A stretch of 64,000 nucleotides of DNA, from positions 47,531 to 111,530 of the IMG/VR virus record IMGVR_UViG_3300028044_000003; one strand, given 5' to 3'. This document shows, piece by piece, positions 60,201 to 64,000 of this stretch. This stretch comes from a virus. A model generated the notes under the pieces. That model was not told the origin of the DNA. It was given only the letters and a program-made list of their open reading frames with translations, and ran no database searches. The first letter of the stretch is position 1. Each line of letters starts with the position of its first letter. The translations under genes were made by a program, and so were the position numbers.

Positions 60201-62360
60201 TATACCTAAACCTGTAATAAGAGATAAAAAAAATGTACGGTTAGATATTAATTTAAGTTTAGGATGATCTTTTACTTTTTCAAATCTACCGTCTACATTG
60301 CCGTGTAATTCACCGTATACTTTTAATTCTTTAGCAGAAAGAAACGGATTATTAAACATTGTTTCGGGAGAATGGAAAGTAAGATGTCTTTGACTAAAAG
60401 GTACTGGGTTTTGTAGTTCATTATCGCTTGGTGTACCAAATAAAGGACAATTAAAAGTAGGTTTATTTATACTTAAGAATTTATCTTTATTAATATCATT
60501 GTAGGGGTAATTAGCATAATATCCAATTTTATTCTGATCTATCGCATATTGACCCATGTTATTTACTACACCCTTGGCTATAATAGTTCTATTAGCGTTT
60601 CTATCACCTCGTAATATTTCGTAACCTATTATTCCAGGGATAACAGCTCCATTATTATCCACCGGCGGGTAGATATTACCAAACTCTACACCGAGTATTC
60701 TTATAACTTGTCTTTTAAAAAGAGGATTATTTTGATCTAGTATAAGACTTTCACCAAAATGATTAAGTCTACCTAAAGGTTCTACGGTCTGGTCAGGAAA
60801 CTTATGAAGTCTTATATTTTTACCACATAGATCATAATTATTACCCACAGGAATATTTACATAAGGAGGGTTTAACCCTGGTTCTGCGTTCCATATTTCT
60901 GGTTGGTTATCAGGATATATTTCTGATGATTCAGAATAACCCATCCATCCTCTATTGATAATAAAACCACCATCATCAGTTGGTTCGTTTACACCTGGTA
61001 ATATTACTTCTGCAGTATTTTCAGCTATCCACCTTGCGTTATCATTAACATCTGTTCCATCAACTAACGGTCTATAATAAGTTGTAGGGCCTGTATCTAA
61101 TGTTCCCCTAGAAGGTCTTCCAGGAATAACATAAGAGTTAGTTTTTTCTCCAGTGTTGTACACCCAACGTATAAAAAATACGTAAGTTTCATCTCTAAGA
61201 TAACCGGTCTTATTACCACCGTTTCTATAATAATCAACCGGATACTCTGTAAGAACCCATTTAGTTTCTATAAGATTAGCTCTAGGTTGGTAGTTAAAAT
61301 TTAGTCTCGATGTTGGTCCTACTCTTAATAAGTAATTACCCATGTCGGCCATCAAATCAGATCTCTCATAAGATGGGTTAACTAAAGGTATCAATCCTAT
61401 ATCTACCGAAGGTAAGCTAGCTTCAATAATATCTATGACTATTTCACTGGTTCTTGTAGAGTATACACCAAACTTTTTAGCTACAGTATTTTGATTTATA
61501 ATACTAACAACGACTAGTTCAAACTCATCAAAGTTTTCTGAGTCAATATCGCTAAAAGTAATAGTCAATGATCCGGCAACGTTATTATGTTCAAACAACG
61601 GCTGTACGTTAGATGGTATAAAATAATCTGTAACCTTTTGACCGTCAATAAGATAAGCTGTGGTTACAAAATAAGAACCATTTAATAAAACACCTGCGTT
61701 ATCTCCTTTCTCTATACGAGCACATATTGGGGTAAGTAATTTAGCTAATCGTATTTTTTCACAATCTAGTACGTTTGTGTCTATACAAGTATTACAATTA
61801 TTAGTTAACGTACAATCTTGTTCCCAGGCAACACCTGGCCATACTTGAAATGGTTGACTAGGATTACCAGTAGCATATTGATTATTACCTAAATAATTAC
61901 CTTCCGGCCAGGTTTGAGGATTTCCTATATCAAGAACTCTATCTGGATTTAAACCATCAGAAAAATATATTCTCCAAGAACATGTACTAGTTTCTCTGGA
62001 AGCTCCTGATATCAGATTAGTTTGATTAAATCCCAAACAATTATCATTTACTATGGTCCTATATCTACAAGTGTCTTTTTCGAAAAGTCCTATTTCAGAT
62101 CTTTGATTATTTGTAGAAAATACTACCCACTTATCCTGGAAAAGATGTATGGTTCCGATTATATTATACGGAGCGTTTACACAAAATCTATTCGAAGGCT
62201 CGTTACCGATTTGTCCAAGATCTCCTGTAGAACTATTATTAATAGCGTTTCTAGCTCTGGTCCAAGAATTATCTTTAAGGTGATAATTACTTATATCATT
62301 AACTAAACCGCTATCGGTTCTTCTAGTAATTGATGATGATGTTTGATTTGACTTAGCCAT
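57216..62360 (-). CDS. tail muzzle / stabilization protein (crAss-type, P22 gp10-like)
   Basis: 1714 aa, beta-rich; A.N..N...G.I.NE N-terminus, GY.RDE.Y.F.I.W, GDTYI, WTLSY...W.SYHDW.P; ring-muzzle-cargo synteny. Confidence 0.8.
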   Translation of the reverse strand: MAKSNQTSSSITRRTDSGLVNDISNYHLKDNSWTRARNAINNSSTGDLGQIGNEPSNRFCVNAPYNIIGTIHLFQDKWVVFSTNNQRSEIGLFEKDTCRYRTIVNDNCLGFNQTNLISGASRETSTCSWRIYFSDGLNPDRVLDIGNPQTWPEGNYLGNNQYATGNPSQPFQVWPGVAWEQDCTLTNNCNTCIDTNVLDCEKIRLAKLLTPICARIEKGDNAGVLLNGSYFVTTAYLIDGQKVTDYFIPSNVQPLFEHNNVAGSLTITFSDIDSENFDEFELVVVSIINQNTVAKKFGVYSTRTSEIVIDIIEASLPSVDIGLIPLVNPSYERSDLMADMGNYLLRVGPTSRLNFNYQPRANLIETKWVLTEYPVDYYRNGGNKTGYLRDETYVFFIRWVYNTGEKTNSYVIPGRPSRGTLDTGPTTYYRPLVDGTDVNDNARWIAENTAEVILPGVNEPTDDGGFIINRGWMGYSESSEIYPDNQPEIWNAEPGLNPPYVNIPVGNNYDLCGKNIRLHKFPDQTVEPLGRLNHFGESLILDQNNPLFKRQVIRILGVEFGNIYPPVDNNGAVIPGIIGYEILRGDRNANRTIIAKGVVNNMGQYAIDQNKIGYYANYPYNDINKDKFLSINKPTFNCPLFGTPSDNELQNPVPFSQRHLTFHSPETMFNNPFLSAKELKVYGELHGNVDGRFEKVKDHPKLKLISNRTFFLSLITGLGIASLKASGGRRVSTPQNHITGLAFAVPPTTEVLMAPARAAMLGTNTALNILNNVFLTTGQYLLDMVAPGTSAVITAATNTGITALANTPGVGYSSPIIQTEDGETSRLGLFAALAPTMLYYWSIGTDSALQLIRSFLRFREFALQYDSHCEYNSFVNFTGATKLYRNSIADGTYLDNNITNFDNGLINNLYRSRTVALKIDATPNPQQLNPPPTTEPQLPYPNSGSERTRILASEVPSLYDINFVFGSRLVNPDKESFNSNSYVYYTALKQRLQNQYGQLDRVRQIPVSSCTRIINQPITNQPVLNSGPLFNGDTYIGRYTEKNTFFYFFDWLNKQPDGFEYDYSTRRMLKLYPRFWLNSEKFETSDFIQSLSPANLITGGGITTPKNYYNLDGQFCSGIFSLSPGKFNLAVKYAWFYLFNSGIRDFYVESEINIDLRDWEDRPERRHYDPKRYTDVKALFDVDIIKSGNFMKYDYSLSHIKMYSNFISWSLLQPRNYDPQVAEFCYTYRPNRILYSLPQQLELTRDNWKVFLVNNYKDFRSRPTAIKKTDMNGAMFFFENESPVKYQGVDQLQTDLGVKITLGDGGLFSQPQQNIDNSERSIEYASCQSRLGVINTPFGIYWMSQDQGKIFTIGKGLKELSMKDIKWWLSTYLPSQLLKQFPDFELRDNPVLGIGCQITYDNDNNLIYFCKKDYSLKSSVEPRDVIYVGDNRFIINNLRFSLGDPDNRWKFYFDDASWTLSYDPKMDKWMSYHDWHPDLSISTKNTFLTIKNRNNQGGIWVHNDRCDDYCNYYGIYYPFEVELNFNSVQQVTTLRSIQYQLECYKYSENCFDRFHNLDYNFNQMVVYNSEQCSGILRLNIKPKNDLQELLRYPILNSVTGIIDVLFSKEENNYRVNQFWDITLDRGEFPNISIPGNFAERAIWQTSPDGYQRQLNPANISVGNPNFGKNALQRKKFRHYSNNVVLTRLAPPPGGTNPYKMMLIFNNSKNLISPR

Positions 62361-62482
62361 TATCCTTGTCCTCTGTATTTTGAAACTTTTTTATCTCGAG
62401 GGCCTCTAAACTTGTTAGGTTTTCCCCCTTTACGTTTTCCAAAAGATGTCTTGTTAGATGCGGTTGATGTAGTTTTTTTCAT
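62360..62482 (-). CDS. 40-aa basic protein ending in YRGQG (missed by the ORF track)
   Basis: ATG 62482 to TAA 62360: MKKTTSTASNKTSFGKRKGGKPNKFRGPRDKKVSKYRGQG; TAATG-coupled to the muzzle gene. Confidence 0.75.
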   Translation of the reverse strand: MKKTTSTASNKTSFGKRKGGKPNKFRGPRDKKVSKYRGQG

Positions 62483-63380
62483 ATATCGTGTTATAACTTC
62501 TAAACATATCGTAATATTTATGATACTGAGCTTTGCGATTCTTTTCCCAAACCTGTTTAAGTTCTGAGAAGTTCGGAGTATTAACCAAACTCAAAGCCTG
62601 GTTACGGGCCGCGCGAAGTCTCTGTTCGATAATTTGTATCTGAGCGTTGCTTATGTTTTCACCGTTTAAAATCAAATTCTCAATTAGTCTTTGTTTTAAA
62701 GCGTATTCGTAATACTCGTTTAGTAAATCATGATCCGGAACAAGTAACTCTCCTTGTTCATTCTCTAAGTTACCTTGATAGTTTATATAAACATTCGCAC
62801 AATCTACATTTAGATATAAGAAGTTATCTTTAATCCAAGCAGTATATGGGCTACGAACATGTATCCCGGGACAATCGCAATCAATACCTTGAGAGTTATT
62901 CAAAAATCTAACAGGTACTGATAATCTATAAACAATTCTTTCTGTATTGATAGTTTGTATTATATCGTAAGTATCACCTTTACAATCAATTTTTACACAC
63001 GGTTTTACAGATTGGTCTGTATCGCAAGCGCCCTCCCAGTCAGGGAACGGTGTATACACTTCATACCCTGGATCTGAAGGTGATACATTTTCAACGTGTG
63101 TACCTTGAGGTACCGGACGGTGTATTATTCTTTCACCACACATAAAAGCATGATTAATAGTATAAAAGTCGTCAGGTAATTTTATCTTACCTTTTTCTAC
63201 ATTTAGTACTTTTTCTTTGGTCATATTAATTCTCAGACCCAAATCGTAATTAACTTTCTTAGCTACTTTGATTAAGTTCTGCGGATCGATAGAATCAGCC
63301 ATAGCTAAGTTTCTCATATCTGAAATAGTTTCGCTTAGTAACTGATCAAAGGTTCTATATCTTAGTGTGTAATTATACAT
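62454..63380 (-). CDS. tail ring / tubular protein (crAss-type)
   Basis: 308 aa; KLPDDF, YINYQG..EN..G...VPD...YYEYALK pattern; next to the muzzle gene. Confidence 0.7.
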   Translation of the reverse strand: MYNYTLRYRTFDQLLSETISDMRNLAMADSIDPQNLIKVAKKVNYDLGLRINMTKEKVLNVEKGKIKLPDDFYTINHAFMCGERIIHRPVPQGTHVENVSPSDPGYEVYTPFPDWEGACDTDQSVKPCVKIDCKGDTYDIIQTINTERIVYRLSVPVRFLNNSQGIDCDCPGIHVRSPYTAWIKDNFLYLNVDCANVYINYQGNLENEQGELLVPDHDLLNEYYEYALKQRLIENLILNGENISNAQIQIIEQRLRAARNQALSLVNTPNFSELKQVWEKNRKAQYHKYYDMFRSYNTIYEKNYINRI

Positions 63381-64000
63381 TATCTAGCAGGGTTTATTTT
63401 ATCATCGTTATTATCCGAAGGTACTTTATACATTGTAGATAATTCTTGAATAACCATATTATCTATTTCAGCAAATAAATATTCAGGAGTAGTTATTTCA
63501 CTTTCCTGAACTGGGTTACAAGCACACTCTTCATTGTTACATTGATAGTTAGAAATATCTTCTTCCCATAATGCGCTTATTTTAATTCCTTCCCATAATA
63601 AGTTAGGAAAATACATATATTCATTAATTACCCAAAAGTAGTTACTCTTATTAAATCTAAAGTTTGTACTCTTACTCATAGCAGAGTAAATCCTCGGATG
63701 AGTTTGTACTAGAAGTGTCGAACCATCGATTGAGGCAACATAACTAATAGTGTGACCAGAACCGTTATTAAAAATTTTAGGTAGTTTATTTTTAGTTCGT
63801 ACAATCTTACAAGATGTTCTTACATCAGTACAGCAAGCTTCTAGAAGACTTACTTCTGTTAATTCTAAACATGGGATCTCTGTAAAAAGGTCATCGTTAA
63901 CAAATAACTTACCTTCTTTTTCTAACTTCTTAAGAGCAAGTTTTGAGTATTTACTTATAACACTGTAAATAACTCTATCTGTAACAAAAGTATCTTCTTT
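63380..64000 (-). CDS. tail ring / adaptor protein, 5'-truncated by window end
   Basis: The frame of the annotated 99-aa ORF is open to base 64000 (KEDTFVTDRVIYS...IPCLELTEV..EACC...RTKNKLPKI...MSK). Confidence 0.75.
   Translation of the reverse strand, partial: KEDTFVTDRVIYSVISKYSKLALKKLEKEGKLFVNDDLFTEIPCLELTEVSLLEACCTDVRTSCKIVRTKNKLPKIFNNGSGHTISYVASIDGSTLLVQTHPRIYSAMSKSTNFRFNKSNYFWVINEYMYFPNLLWEGIKISALWEEDISNYQCNNEECACNPVQESEITTPEYLFAEIDNMVIQELSTMYKVPSDNNDDKINPAR

Noticed and set aside
27344-62306. Plus-strand ORFs inside the giant minus-strand genes (27344, 30531, 33023, 35325, 36294, 45942, 55480, 56391, 56414, 62022)
   Set aside because: They are antisense shadows, mostly with TTG/GTG starts and composition mirroring the real strand
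1-64000. Stop-codon reassignment as seen in some crAss-like phages
   Set aside because: Genes up to 12.9 kb are uninterrupted in code 11, and TAA, TAG and TGA all end tightly packed genes

Overview
This is a 64-kb piece of an AT-rich crAss-like (Crassvirales-related, probably Bacteroidota-infecting) phage genome using standard genetic code 11. Two transcription blocks converge on a bidirectional terminator at ~21.63-21.66 kb. The + strand block (1-21.6 kb) holds early and replication genes: SF2 helicase, UNG, DnaB-like helicase, Sak4-like ATPase, SSB-like protein, primase, dUTPase, RuvC-like resolvase, a DUF2201/VWA + MoxR module, a PD-(D/E)XK exonuclease, family-B DNA polymerase and a cyclic-phosphate receiver-like protein. 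It also holds a 0.5-kb cluster of structured non-coding RNAs, two of them tRNA mimics. The - strand block (21.7-64 kb) holds tail ring proteins, the muzzle protein, cargo proteins and three giant virion-ejected proteins (1552, 4289 and 3093 aa). The 4289-aa protein is the virion RNA polymerase (DFDVD). The strongest novel signal is that these giant proteins carry in-frame enzyme cassettes: two AbiEii/MenT-like nucleotidyltransferases, an ADP-ribosyltransferase-like domain, an AlkB-like dioxygenase, NADAR, a DUF4326-like domain and a P-loop kinase. In the 3093-aa gene these cassettes are bounded by exact DNA repeats, and several cassettes have a sharply CpG-depleted composition, which suggests a recombinational cassette-exchange system for injected effectors. 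Other notable items are a symmetric ~128-aa beta-hairpin inserted in MoxR, a 34-aa motif shared by the two genes flanking the VWA-MoxR pair, and recurring xxxGG motifs in the cargo proteins. All functional calls come from motif recognition by eye; no database search was run.
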